Source: Macrostomum hystrix (lineage: Eukaryota > Animalia > Platyhelminthes). From it: a DNA stretch of 64,000 bases. Shown one piece after another: positions 50,524 through 61,527 of this stretch. Where the stretch lies: positions 21,080,001-21,144,000 of the forward strand of contig CATNEN010000038.1 of NCBI GenBank assembly GCA_950097015.1, in the 5' to 3' direction. The position numbers and the translations under genes were made by a program. The notes beneath the pieces are model-generated. The model did not search any database. It saw only the letters and a list, made by a program, of their open reading frames with translations, and had not been told where the DNA came from. How positions within the stretch are numbered: the first letter of the stretch is position 1; every line of letters begins with the position of its first letter.

Positions 50524-51483
50524 ATGTTTAAAAAGAAAAGACACAACTCCAAGGTAGTTTTTACTATCTTAGTTTCGTGCAAATTTACAAATTCTTCCCA
50601 AATTTTCTAACGGTGCGAATCGTTCATTGCGCTCAATTCCAGGACAAGGAACTGGCAAAATTCTCCAAAGAGCTGCTCCACCAGGTCAATAGACATCGTT
50701 CCAGACACGGCGTTAAGTCGTTGAAGCTGAACCAGGAACTGGAAGCCATGGCGCAGAGATTCGCCGAGGAGCTCAGCAGGAAGACCAAGCTGTATAACAG
50801 TGACGCCACTTACAGGGGCGACAGACTGGGCGAGAATATTGCGAGCAGGTGGAGCAATGGATCGTTCGCAGACTATGTAGGTTAGTATCTATGAATTCTA
50901 CTTGCCGTTACCTGTATACCCTTGGCACTTTCTGGTCGATCTCTGTCCCTAAAGACAATCTCTAGTACGTCTCTGGTCCGTCCCTTGCTCTAAAAAAATT
51001 TTCATTTAGGTGAAGAAGTCGCTGATCATTGGTACAGCGAGTGTGCCAAGTACCACTTCGACGAAGAGCCAACGGAGGTCAAGGGAGTCGGTAAGATATT
51101 CTCTCTGCCATTATTTGTGTTGTCTAAATGCGGCGGCACCCAAAATCTAAAAATAGCTTCACGATCGATAATTTTCCTGCCCCGACCCAGCCAACCAACC
51201 AGCGTCTTATCTGATGCGCCCTTTGATGCGGTCCAGTTTTTCCCACTGCCAATAAAAACTAGGCGAGAATCTGAATAACAAAAAGTATTCTTTTTTAAAT
51301 CCAGGCAACTTTACCCAGATGGTGTGGAAGAACAGCAGGGAGATGGGCATTGGCAAGGCCTTGCACAGGGGCGCCGACGGCTCCCATCGTGTCGTGGTCG
51401 TGTGCTACTTCTACCCAGCCGGCAATGTTGTTCCCTGCTTCCGCGAGAACGTGCTGCCGCCTAGAAAGTCTAAATTTAAGTGA
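50524..51483 (+). CDS. Single-domain CAP/SCP (GLIPR2/GAPR-1-like) protein (exons 50524-50553, 50643-50880, 51010-51090, 51305-51483; ~175 aa)
   Basis: All GT-AG junctions are in frame. Near-colinear paralog of domain 2 of the upstream gene with the same intron positions: LGENIA, WYSE, GNFTQMVWKNS, FYPAGNV, ENVLPP. Confidence 0.9.
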
Positions 51484-51781
51484 TTTTTTGCGACGAAGAG
51501 TGAAAGACCTTGAACTAAAGTAAAGTTGAGCCTTCAGTATATATATATGAAGTTTCTAAGTAACCAGGTTTAACACAGATGCTTTCTTTATTCGAGTTCG
51601 ACAGATATGCTATAAATCAGCTATCCAGCAAGTCCTGAAGCAAATTTTTTTTTCTAATATCAACATTAATGTTTTTGTCTCTTCGTTGTAGAAAATAATT
51701 CGTAGAGATCACCTGTAAAAGTTTACAATCAAGGTAGGAGTAGAAAAAAAACCAGAAACCAAAATACAAATCGAAGAAATT

Positions 51782-52070
51782 GAGACGCGGCTGAAATCTA
51801 AGCAAGAGACGTGGCTGGAATCGAAGCAAGAGACGTGGCTGAAATCGAAGCAACAGATATAACTTAAATAAAAGCAAATGACGTGGCTGGAATCGGAGCA
51901 AAATATTTTGCTGGAATCGAAGCAAGAGACGCGGCTGGAATCGAAGCAAGAGACGTGGCTGGAATCGAAGAAAGAGACGTGGCTGGAATCGAAGAAAGAG
52001 ACGTGGCTGGAATCGAAGCAAGTGACGTGGCTGAAATCGAAGCAAGAGATGTGGCTGTAATCGAGGCAAG
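51782..52070. repeat. 24-bp minisatellite GAGACGTGGCTGGAATCGAAGCAA
   Basis: About 10 degenerate copies. Confidence 0.85.
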
Positions 52071-52487
52071 AACTATTTCCTACTCATGAACAATAGATCT
52101 TAGATTCTAACTCAACAATCAATTAATCAGTTAATCAACCGATCAATCGATTCGTAGAAAATAAACGAGGCAGTCAATCAATAAATTTTCCATGAATAAA
52201 AAGTCACCGCAAAAATTAAACTCATTTTTCATGAACCAGGATTTTTTGTGTATTGAATGAGACCTACTCGATAACTTATTTAAAACGAAAAGAAAATCCT
52301 TACTGATTTGTTATAGTAGTGTGCTACGGCTATTATGAGTTTATTTATGGCCAAGAGCCAGAAGTTGAAAAACTTGCTGAACCACAACAATAATTAAATG
52401 AAACTCAATTGAGAAAACTGACTCAGGATTTATAGACTCACTATTACCAGCAACTATCGAATAAGCGTGTACCAAAAGCAACTGAAA

Positions 52488-52755
52488 TGAGTGAGTGAGT
52501 GCGTGAGTGCGTGAGTGAGTGAGTGAGTGAGTGAGTGAGTGAGTGAGTGAGTGAGTGAGTGAGTGAGTGAGTGAGTGAGTGCGTGAGTGAGTGACTGAGT
52601 GAGTGAGTGAGTGAGTGAGTGAGTGAGTGAGTGAGTGAGGGAGTGAGTGAGTGAGTGAGTGAGTGAGTGAGTGAGTGAGTGAGTGAGGGAGTGAGTGAGT
52701 GAGTGAGTGAGTGAGTGAGTGAGTGAGTGAGTGAGTTAGTGAGTGAGTTAGTGAG
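52488..52755. repeat. (GAGT)n microsatellite
   Basis: Seen directly. Confidence 0.95.
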
Positions 52756-53037
52756 CCAATTATCGAATAAATCGGTTAAACTTGGTATTCTGCTGATAAG
52801 GTAGTCCATAATTATTAAATTTGAAGCCAGACGTTAAATAACTCAGTGAAATTTCTCGGAGTAATTTTCAATGACGTGACGAGAAGGACACGTGACATGA
52901 TGACGTCATAGATTTACGTCACAGGTAAAATATATTCGAAATATATCGTAGAGAATAACCGATGCACGATTTGAAATCACTTTAAAAGTTAACAACACCA
53001 GTAAAAAGTTAATTTAAAAATAGTTTATTAACTGAGC

Positions 53038-56000
53038 TCAATGCTGTTGATCATTCTCAAAGAACATGAAGTCCTGAAATGTGTAAATAAATTAATGATT
53101 AACATCACACTGATCTAAACTGGGTGTGGTTTCAGTTAAAGTTACTTTTGAATGCCGAAAAAATGTGCAGCTAAAATTCTTGCTTTAACTTTTTTCTGTA
53201 GCAAAAAGACTAGACAAAGTTTCAGATAAAAAGTACATAACTGCCTAGTTTCAAACACAAGTATAAGCAACAGGATGATCGACCTCGTGGTACAGTAACT
53301 TTCGCCCCATCGCGTAGATGCGCTTCGATTGTAAAATGGTCTTTCGCTGTAAACCTGCATCGAGAGTGTTAACCACGTGACAGGAATGAAAATTGACTGA
53401 TGGATATTGGCAAGCACCGTCACTCCACTACGTGCTTTAACTGGGAAATGTCGATTCCCTTGTTTATTGATTCCCAATGAAGGATTGCTTCATTGAAGCA
53501 ATAATGTCGATTATCTACTTATAATTGAATATGTACCTGCTAGACAAGAGCTTACCTGTTAGACAAGCGGTTACCTGCTAGACAAGAGCTTACCTGTTAG
53601 ACAAGCGGTTGCCTGTTAGACAAGAGGTTACCTGTTAGACAAGAGGTTACCTGTTAGACAAGCGGTTACCTGTTAGACAAGCGGTTACCGGTTAGACAAG
53701 CGGTTACCGGTTAGACCCGTTAGACAGTAGACCTGTAACCTTCTATTTTATAGCAATATTTTTCTGATTTGTAGCTCAAGATTTCATTGCATGTAATCTG
53801 AGAACCATTGGTGCGGTTAAGAAATCTATGAGTTCCACTTCAAACTATTTTTCCTGCCAGAGAGTTGAGAAGGATATAAATGTTTATTTTTTTAGGAATC
53901 GTGCTCACGCAACTCAACATGATAATCTGATAAAAATGTTGAAAAAATAATGGAGAAAGATAGCAGAGAAGGAGAGTCAACAGGAGGAGAGTCCCTTGAG
54001 AGTCAACCCCAAGTCTGGCACAGTTGAGAGTGTACACTGCCTGACGATGATCCTTCCATACCTACCCCGGCTTTGTTTGACCAAATTGGTTCTAGCATAC
54101 TTCCTATCATAGATTTCCGTTCTAGCCTGATAGAATTGTAAGAACACACACTAAATACACACGCACACACACACACACAGGCAAGCGTCATACAGAAGAA
54201 AGCTGAAAGGTGAACCCCAGCTAGAAAGAAAAATCATCTTCACTTTGTGTGTTGGAGAACTAAAGTACAAAAGTGAGTAGAAATATCATGTATAGTTCTC
54301 AAAGTTGGATATAGCAATAATACTTACAATGAGAAATACGGCACCCAGCATTGCGGCCTTCATTCGGGTATCTAGGTCGATTGGGACTAGAAATTATTTT
54401 ATTTATAATACTTATAAGTCTTGAACGATTAGGTGTGCTATAATCCTAAAATAATCTTATAAGGATAATAAAACGCCACTTAAAATTTGTGGATTCTATT
54501 TTAACTGCTGGATCATGAATTTTATGGCAATGGTGAGCTTCTATGTCACAGGGGATTGACGTCGAGGGTTCGAATCTCGCCCCAAGGTAACAATTTATTG
54601 TTCCTGAACAATACGCCTAAAGTAAGTGAGTTTTTTTTACTTTTTCATCAATTATATGCCTGAATAATAATAATAATAATTGATTACACCTGCCCCAATT
54701 GGGTCAGATGTGCAGCCGACAGCACAGCCGCAGCTAATGCGCGGCGCATCTGAAGGCTGCGTACAGCTGTTCAGTCCATGGACTGGGGGGACGCCACACC
54801 CACCTTCAATTATCCCAGCTGATGCTGGTACCCATTTAACAGCTGGGTGAACTGAAGCAATGCAGAGTTAAGAGTCTTGCTAAAGGACGCAAATTGTTCC
54901 AGTGGAGTCGGGAATCGAACCCCCGACCTTCAAGTCGTGAGTCCGACGCCTTAACCACTAGGCTACAACCTCTGCTGAAGTATGCCTGAAGTATATTCAC
55001 AAGCCATCCAATATACACCGCAAGGCATCTGACCGAACTCACAAGTCACCTCAAAATTGTCCGCATCAGTGAAGTATTCTCTGGCAAAGCCGCTCCACTG
55101 TTTCTTGATGCCGCCAATCTCTTCTGTAGTGCCAATTGAATAGGCCTATATGTTGGAAAATATGTCAAAGTTGTCGAAATGAAAGCATCATCTGCTTTGC
55201 TAAAATGGTCTTCCATTTTCTTTGACCCAACCTTGCATGCAACTAATTAGTATGATTGCTTTGCTAAGCAAATTTTGCTAAAAGCTCATTGAAATTGAGC
55301 TAATATTTTTTGCTTCATCTTCATAGATTGAATTCTAAATCAAAAGACAGTACATTAAGACGGAGCAAGTCTGGATGCTGACTAATTCTGTTGATAGAAA
55401 TTCTGATTACTTATTTATTGGGCGCTTCATGGTCTTATTTGAGTATGGAATCTGTTGACTATGGCTAAAACAGTCTTCATTACGAGCCTATCAAATTAGC
55501 TCTCAGTTGCCGAGGGCATTAGTTCTCAGTTGCTGGGGGGGAATTCGTTCTCAGTTGCTGGGGGGGCATTAGTTCTCAGTTGCTGGGGGGGCATTGGTTC
55601 TCAGTTGCTGGAGGGCATTAGTTCTCAGTTGCTGGAGGGCATTAGTTCTCAGTTGCTGGGGGGGCATTAGTTCTCAGTTGCTGGAGGGCATTAGTTCTCA
55701 GTTGCTGGAGGGCATTAGTTCTCAGTTGCTGGGGGGGGCATTAGTTCTCTGTCGCTGGGGGGCATTGGTTCTCAGTTGCGGGGGGCATTGGTTCTCAGTT
55801 GCTGGGGGGAGGTATTAGTCCTCAGTTGCTGGGGGGCATTAGTTCTCAGTTGCTGGGGGCATTAGTTCTCAGTTGCTGAGGGCATTCGTTCTGAGTTGCT
55901 GGGGGAGCATTAGTTCTCTGTTACTGGAGGGCATTAGTTCTCAGTTTCTGGGGTGCATTTTTTCACTCGTGCTTAGGGAATTGGTTTTTCTATCTGCCAC

Positions 56001-56734
56001 CCGTAGGGGCTGAATGGGTTGTAGTGAACTACCAAGCATATATTGATGTAGGTTAATTCAATATTGCCACAGTATATCTTTGTTGATCATTCCGTATACT
56101 GGCAAAGATATTATAAAAAATGCATTACCTTGAATTCCTGTTCAAACAGGCAGCATGGCCCGCGACAAAGGCACTTTGGACCGTGAATCAGCAGCGCTGG
56201 GCGCCCCATAGCGTCTAGGAGTTCGTAGCGAGGCTGCAGACAGGAGCGCTTCTGCTGGACGTGGGCTATGACAGTTCCGGGTGGCGCTTCAACTTGCAGC
56301 TCGTGAGCGCACGGTTGGAAACAAGCTGTGCCATAGCAGGCTGGCTGACATGCCAGACACTTCATCTGGCGACTGACTCGGATCACCTCGGCACCGCTGA
56401 GGTCGTTGATGTGCATGACGAAACTGCGCTGCGGTCCGCAGCACTGCCTAGCGCAAACGTCCGACTCTTCAACGGCATGGAATAACTGTTCGCCGGCGCT
56501 ATTTTTGATTTGGTATCGATTTCTTGTCTCCCAGTTGGTCAGCACTTCGAATAGTTCAACCTGCTGGTGGACAAGAAGCCAATCGATGTGAGTTAGATAT
56601 TCTAATCCAGTCGGAGTGTTACTTTCCAATGCGGCGCTAGTCCACACATCCGACTGTTCTCCTGCGCTAATTCTAGGCTCATGAGTTCCTTGTTGCGACT
56701 GATGTGGATTCTCATGTTTTCCTTCGACGCTCAT
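53038..56734 (-). CDS. PLSCR: Phospholipid scramblase (exons 56734-56129, 55145-55043, 54386-54328, 53073-53038; ~267 aa)
   Basis: Hallmark motifs PTGLEYL, VHQQVELFE, ETRNRYQIKN, CARQCCGPQRSF, VEAPPG, IKKQWSG, FTDADNFEVTFPIDLD..KAAMLGAVFLIDFMFFE; all junctions GT-AG and in frame. Confidence 0.95.
53533..53718. repeat. 19-bp minisatellite TTACCTGTTAGACAAGCGG, ~10 copies
   Basis: In scramblase intron 3. Confidence 0.9.
54663..54973 (-). mobile_element. SINE family A, best-preserved copy with (TTA)n tail
   Basis: A and B boxes, CORE-like domain, CAGTCCATGGACTG palindrome and (ATT)n tail; lies in scramblase intron 2. Confidence 0.9.
55497..55957. repeat. ~24-bp minisatellite GGGGGCATTAGTTCTCAGTTGCTG
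   Basis: About 19 copies with a variable G run, in scramblase intron 1. Confidence 0.9.
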
Positions 56735-57234
56735 TCTTCACTTTCGTCGAATTTTGTATTTTTTCTATAGAAGCAATTATATAATAAAAATATTCCTCTT
56801 GAATTTCAGATTAGTTCTCGATACAAAATATAATATTTGCACAGTATTTTTTTTCTTGATCTCGATATTGAATCTAAATTTAATCGTAAGTTTTCTCTTT
56901 TTGTGTTATTTATTTTTAGAAGGCAGTTCTCGCTGCTTTTCGTTGCTTTAAAGACAAAAAACTCGACCACAAGCTATGATATTGTTATGGTTTAAACTAA
57001 ACACTATAATGAGGTCATTTATTTATGAAGTGCCTACTTTTTATTATTGACACTGAAGATAATTTAGTTTTACTACACTCCTAATTCAAATTTAGATTTT
57101 CCCAGAAATCGTTCACGAGTCACAAATCGAATCACGCTGTATTTTGTTTAGAAAGTATTTGGCACATCGCCTAACATTATTACAGCATATAGATATATTA
57201 ATTGATATAATATTCGTAAGCCGTCTTTTCCGAA

Positions 57235-60200
57235 ATGGAAATGGCAAAGGGCTTAAATATTAATGCAGTTCCATTTGAGCCTGGAGCTGCAAGTAATTCT
57301 CACTTTTTTGGATACACTCAAGGTCCTCAGACTCCTCATTTACCACTAAATCCGAACGTTTACCTAAGGTAATTATATCTGCTTTAAATGTGACATGTTT
57401 TACTTGTTGTACTAGGCCTATTCATAAGTTCTGTAACTTACATATCAAACTTAGATTCTATGAATAAATTGGCAATTAGCAATTCCCTTACTAAATTACT
57501 AGGGCCTAAATTGTCTTTTTAGAAGCCTGTTTGAAAAAATAGCTGCCTAATGAAAGTATCAGGAAATATACTATATGGCGACATAGAATTTTAGGTTTAT
57601 AAATTAATACAAACAAAGCTAATGCCAGTTTAAGCTGGATTTAAAATTAAAATGACTAGGCCCTATATACACCTAGTCCTTGTGATTTCAATTTTACTAA
57701 TAAGTCTGAATTAGACCCACAGTCATGGCCACAAAGCAATTTTATTGCATTCATTCATCACATGATCGCCTTACACTGGTCCTATCAAACCTGGCCCTTT
57801 TTGGTGTACAATCCCTAATCTAACAGATATGATTGGCTCCTTTCTTGGGTGCCATTGAATTTTTTTATGGCTGGTGTTGAAAGTTATGTTGTCCTGCATA
57901 TTATTAACTCATATACTTGATTAATGAGGCATCTTATTTTCACTTTCACTACACAATTTGGATTCTAAAACAAAGGTTAAGAGGGATTGGAGGGCTGCAA
58001 ATTAATGTCTGACTCTTCAGTTTGAACTACAGTAAAATTAGTTTGTTTGTGAAACATGTTTAGCTCACTCATGACACTATCACTGTCAAATGAATTTTAA
58101 TTTTGATGGATTATAATTTAACACTCATCATGCTACAATTAATCCTTGACTAACATTGATTAGTGGCATAATTGTGTATAAACTATGTATAACATTTTTT
58201 ATACTGTAAATACTATTGAGTTCTGGCAGCTATTGCTTAGGCATTCTAATGCTGTTGTAAACAATTTTTATTAACAAGTTAGCTAATGTAATAGGTCAAT
58301 TAAGGCAGCTTATTAACCAGTCATCAGTTTTTATGGGCCCTTATTTTTATTTCATTTCTAGTATTACAGCTATATCCTTTTCTTTTTTAGCAAAAATAAT
58401 TTTCTAATGCTATATCCATTAAATACATAGTAAATACAAAATTTACACAATAATACTTCTGTTTTTTAGACCTATGCATCCATATGAAGGAGCTGTTTAC
58501 CAATATAATGGCCTAGATCCACACTCAGTTCAGACTGTGCCAATGTACTGTTATGCTCCAAATTATGCAGGTCAGTTTAAATACTCGTAATTGACTTCGA
58601 TGTATTACTTTTCGTTTATTTTGCTATAAATGTCGTACTTTCTACTTATTGAGTAGCATCGCGAAATCGAAAGTCAAAGAAGTTAACTCCATGCATTAAC
58701 TTCTTGCCATTTTGAACAGTCATGAATCCCGGACACTGGCAGTCAGTACCACCACCTCCACAGTTGTCAATGCAGCTGCAGCCGCCTCCGGCACTGACTC
58801 AAACAGCTCAATTAGCACGGCCAAATCGACACACTCAACCGGCGAATGTCGGCCGAGCTGCCAGTAGTCAGCACAGAACCAGCGTTCGCAGCACAGCCCT
58901 GAAAGTACTGACTGGCGCTTCCTCACCTGCTGCTGCTGCTGCACCCACTTTAGATTTAAAAAATGTTTCTATGGACACTGAGACTAAGAATTCTTCAGAA
59001 TCAGTTGAGAGTTCACAAAAAACTCAAGCCCCAGCTAAAATTGCCATAGCATCGCAATCAGCGCAGCAGTTAAGTAAGCAGCTGTTGCTAAGCGTTGCTA
59101 AGGCAACAGTTCGTTTTACGAGGACGCCTCAACTGACTAGCGTCGAAGATTTTCCAGCGTTGGGCGGCGAAGAGACTTTGAGCAGGAGTGCCAAAATTTC
59201 TGACGGCGCATTGCAGAGTAACGCTAAGATTAGCACACCATCTGGTAATTTCCCACCCTGTCTGTCCCCCTGTCTGTCCACCTGTCTGTTTACCTGTCTG
59301 TCCACCTGATAGTCATCCTGCCTGTCTGCCTTATAATAATAATATTTGCAGGAGGGTTGCGGGCGATCGCGCATCATTTGGTGACACTAGACCCGCAGCC
59401 AGCGAGGAGGCAATTCTGCCCATTTCGCTGATTCCTAAGCACACACAGATACTGTACGCAGGCACACGCTCACACATGTGTGTACATCTGCCCTGACTTT
59501 TAAATTGTCAGGCAGTGAACAATTTCACTGAGCCATGGAGGTTGGCCCTCAAGGGCGCAAATTGCATGACAAGCCGCTAAGCCTTCTCTCCGCGGCTGCG
59601 CCCGAAATGATTCTGGCCTTACCCCGGAATCGAGCTCAGGGGCCTGGTGCCAGAGGCAAACGTGCGTTAGACCGTTCTGCTATTCACCCGCGCCTGTCCA
59701 TCCTTCTTTTTATCTGTCTCAGTAAGTGTTCCACTGTCCAGCTGTCCGCTCATACCAGACAGTTTTATCATGATTTCACAGCGGGCCCAACGCCATCGAA
59801 GCCGTCGATGCTCTCCTATTCAGCCGTGATCAAACAGGCGTCCCGTCCACCCGCGCCGCCGCAACCAGCTGCTGTCACCGTCTGCTCCAAGCAGCCAGAT
59901 CAGCTGCAGCGAGGCGGCGGCCAGAGCAGCTCTGACGCTGTCGCAACCGACGCCGTCGCCAGCTCTCGAACAGCCGCTGAAGAAAATCAGCAAAAGAAGA
60001 AGCGACGCTCGCGAGGACGAACATCTTCAAAGAAGAAGAAGAAGAAGAATGGCAATGGCAAGCCGGCCTCCGTTGCGGCCGACTCAACGCAGCAGCAGCA
60101 GCAGCAGCCAGTCTTCCAATTAGAGCAGGAAGACTTTCCCAGCTTAGGGCTGAGTGTCGAATACACTGCGCTGGTGAAGCCGGTCCCGCCTACTCCGCTG

Positions 60201-61478
60201 CAGCAGCAAACTCAATCGCTCACTGCTGTGTGAGTAGCTAATTCTCTGAAAATTCTTAGCTTTTTGCCTGTATATTAACAGTAAAAAAGGCTATTTCAAA
60301 TGCGCTCATGATTCTGTATCTCCTCAAATGTTCGACCAATAGCCAAGAAAATCAGGAACACCTGCTAAAATTTTCCGCTCTATCCGATAAAACAGCTGCC
60401 TGAATCACAAAACATCGATAATTAATGATTTTTCATCAAAAACTTATGCTTCATCCTGGATAATTTCGCTCTCCATTCAATAATTCAAGATTTTTCCTCG
60501 ATATATCATACTTTTACCTCGAGAATTCATTATTCCCCTTCGAGAATTCATGATCCCCCTTCGATAATTCATGCTTCCCCTTCGATAATTCATGCTTCCC
60601 CTCGATAATTCATGCTTCCCCTTCGATAATTCATGCTTCCCCTTCGATAATTCATGCTTCCCCTTCGATAATTCATGCTTCCCCTCGATAATTCATGCTT
60701 CCCCTTCGATAATTCATGCTTCCCCTCGATAATTCATGCTTCCCCTTCGATAATTCATGCTTCCCCTTCGATAATTCACACTTTTTCCTCGTCATTTCAT
60801 GCTTCCCTCGATAATTAACACTTTTCCTCGTCATTTCATGCTTCCCTCGATAATTAACACTTTTCCTCGTCATTTCATGCTTCCCTCGATAATTAACACT
60901 TTTCCTCGTCATTTCATGCTTCCCTCGATAATTAACACTTTTCCTCGTCATTTCATGCTTCCCTCGATAATTCACACTTTTTCCTCGTCATTTCATGCTT
61001 CCCCTCGATAATTAACACTTTTCCTCGTCATTTCATGCTTCCCTCGATAATTCACACTTTTTCCTCGTCATTTCATGCTTCCCTCGATAATTAACACTTT
61101 TCCTCGTCATTTCATGCTTCCCTCGATAATTCACACGGATAATTCACAGGCATCAACCGGATCTGAAGTCGCAGGCGACAAAGCCGTCTAATCTGTTGTC
61201 CTCGACCTCTTCAGTGTCCAGGAAGCAGCAGTTAAATAGGGCTGCTAGGCAAAGTCTGCTACTGTCATCTAGCCTGCTGGTTGTCAATAAGGCGATTGTT
61301 GTAGCCAATCAGAAGACGCCAGCGGCATCTAGTGGCGCCGCCGCCGCAGCCAAATCGATACCGACTGGCGGCGTTGTGGGCTCAGTGGCGCCGCTTCGGA
61401 TCGGCAAACAGCGAGAGCGACCAAGGGCCAAGAAGAAATCACTTACAAAGAAGATTATTTTGATGGAACGACAGGCTA
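57235..61478 (+). CDS. SECISBP2: SECIS-binding protein 2 family (SBP2/SECISBP2L), 5' part (exons 57235-57368, 58470-58570, 58720-59244, 59782-60229, 61150-61478; continues beyond window)
   Basis: APLRIGKQRERPRAKKKSLTKKIILMERQAR matches the recalled Sec-incorporation-domain motif (APLMKKGKQREIPKAKKPTSLKKIILKER). EDFPAL/EDFPSL motifs, Lys-rich NLS, N-terminal LNINAVPFEP. All junction phases are consistent; the L7Ae domain is not in the window. Confidence 0.85.
59331..59691 (-). mobile_element. SINE family B, full length with (TTA)n tail
   Basis: Reverse-complement homology to 47078-47440 along its length; lies in SBP2 intron 3. Confidence 0.85.
60515..61149. repeat. Compound minisatellite: 20-21-bp unit CGATAATTCATGCTTCCCCTT changing to a 39-bp dimeric unit
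   Basis: In SBP2 intron 4; runs into the splice acceptor. Confidence 0.9.
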
Positions 61479-61527
61479 GGTAAAAACTATTTGCTTTAAC
61501 AGCAACCAAAAATGCAGACAGCTTAAG

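Noticed and set aside
54900-54973. tRNA genes at SINE heads (also ~5365-5435 and ~47079-47155)
   Set aside because: The anticodon region differs among copies, acceptor stems are poor and each continues into a SINE body.
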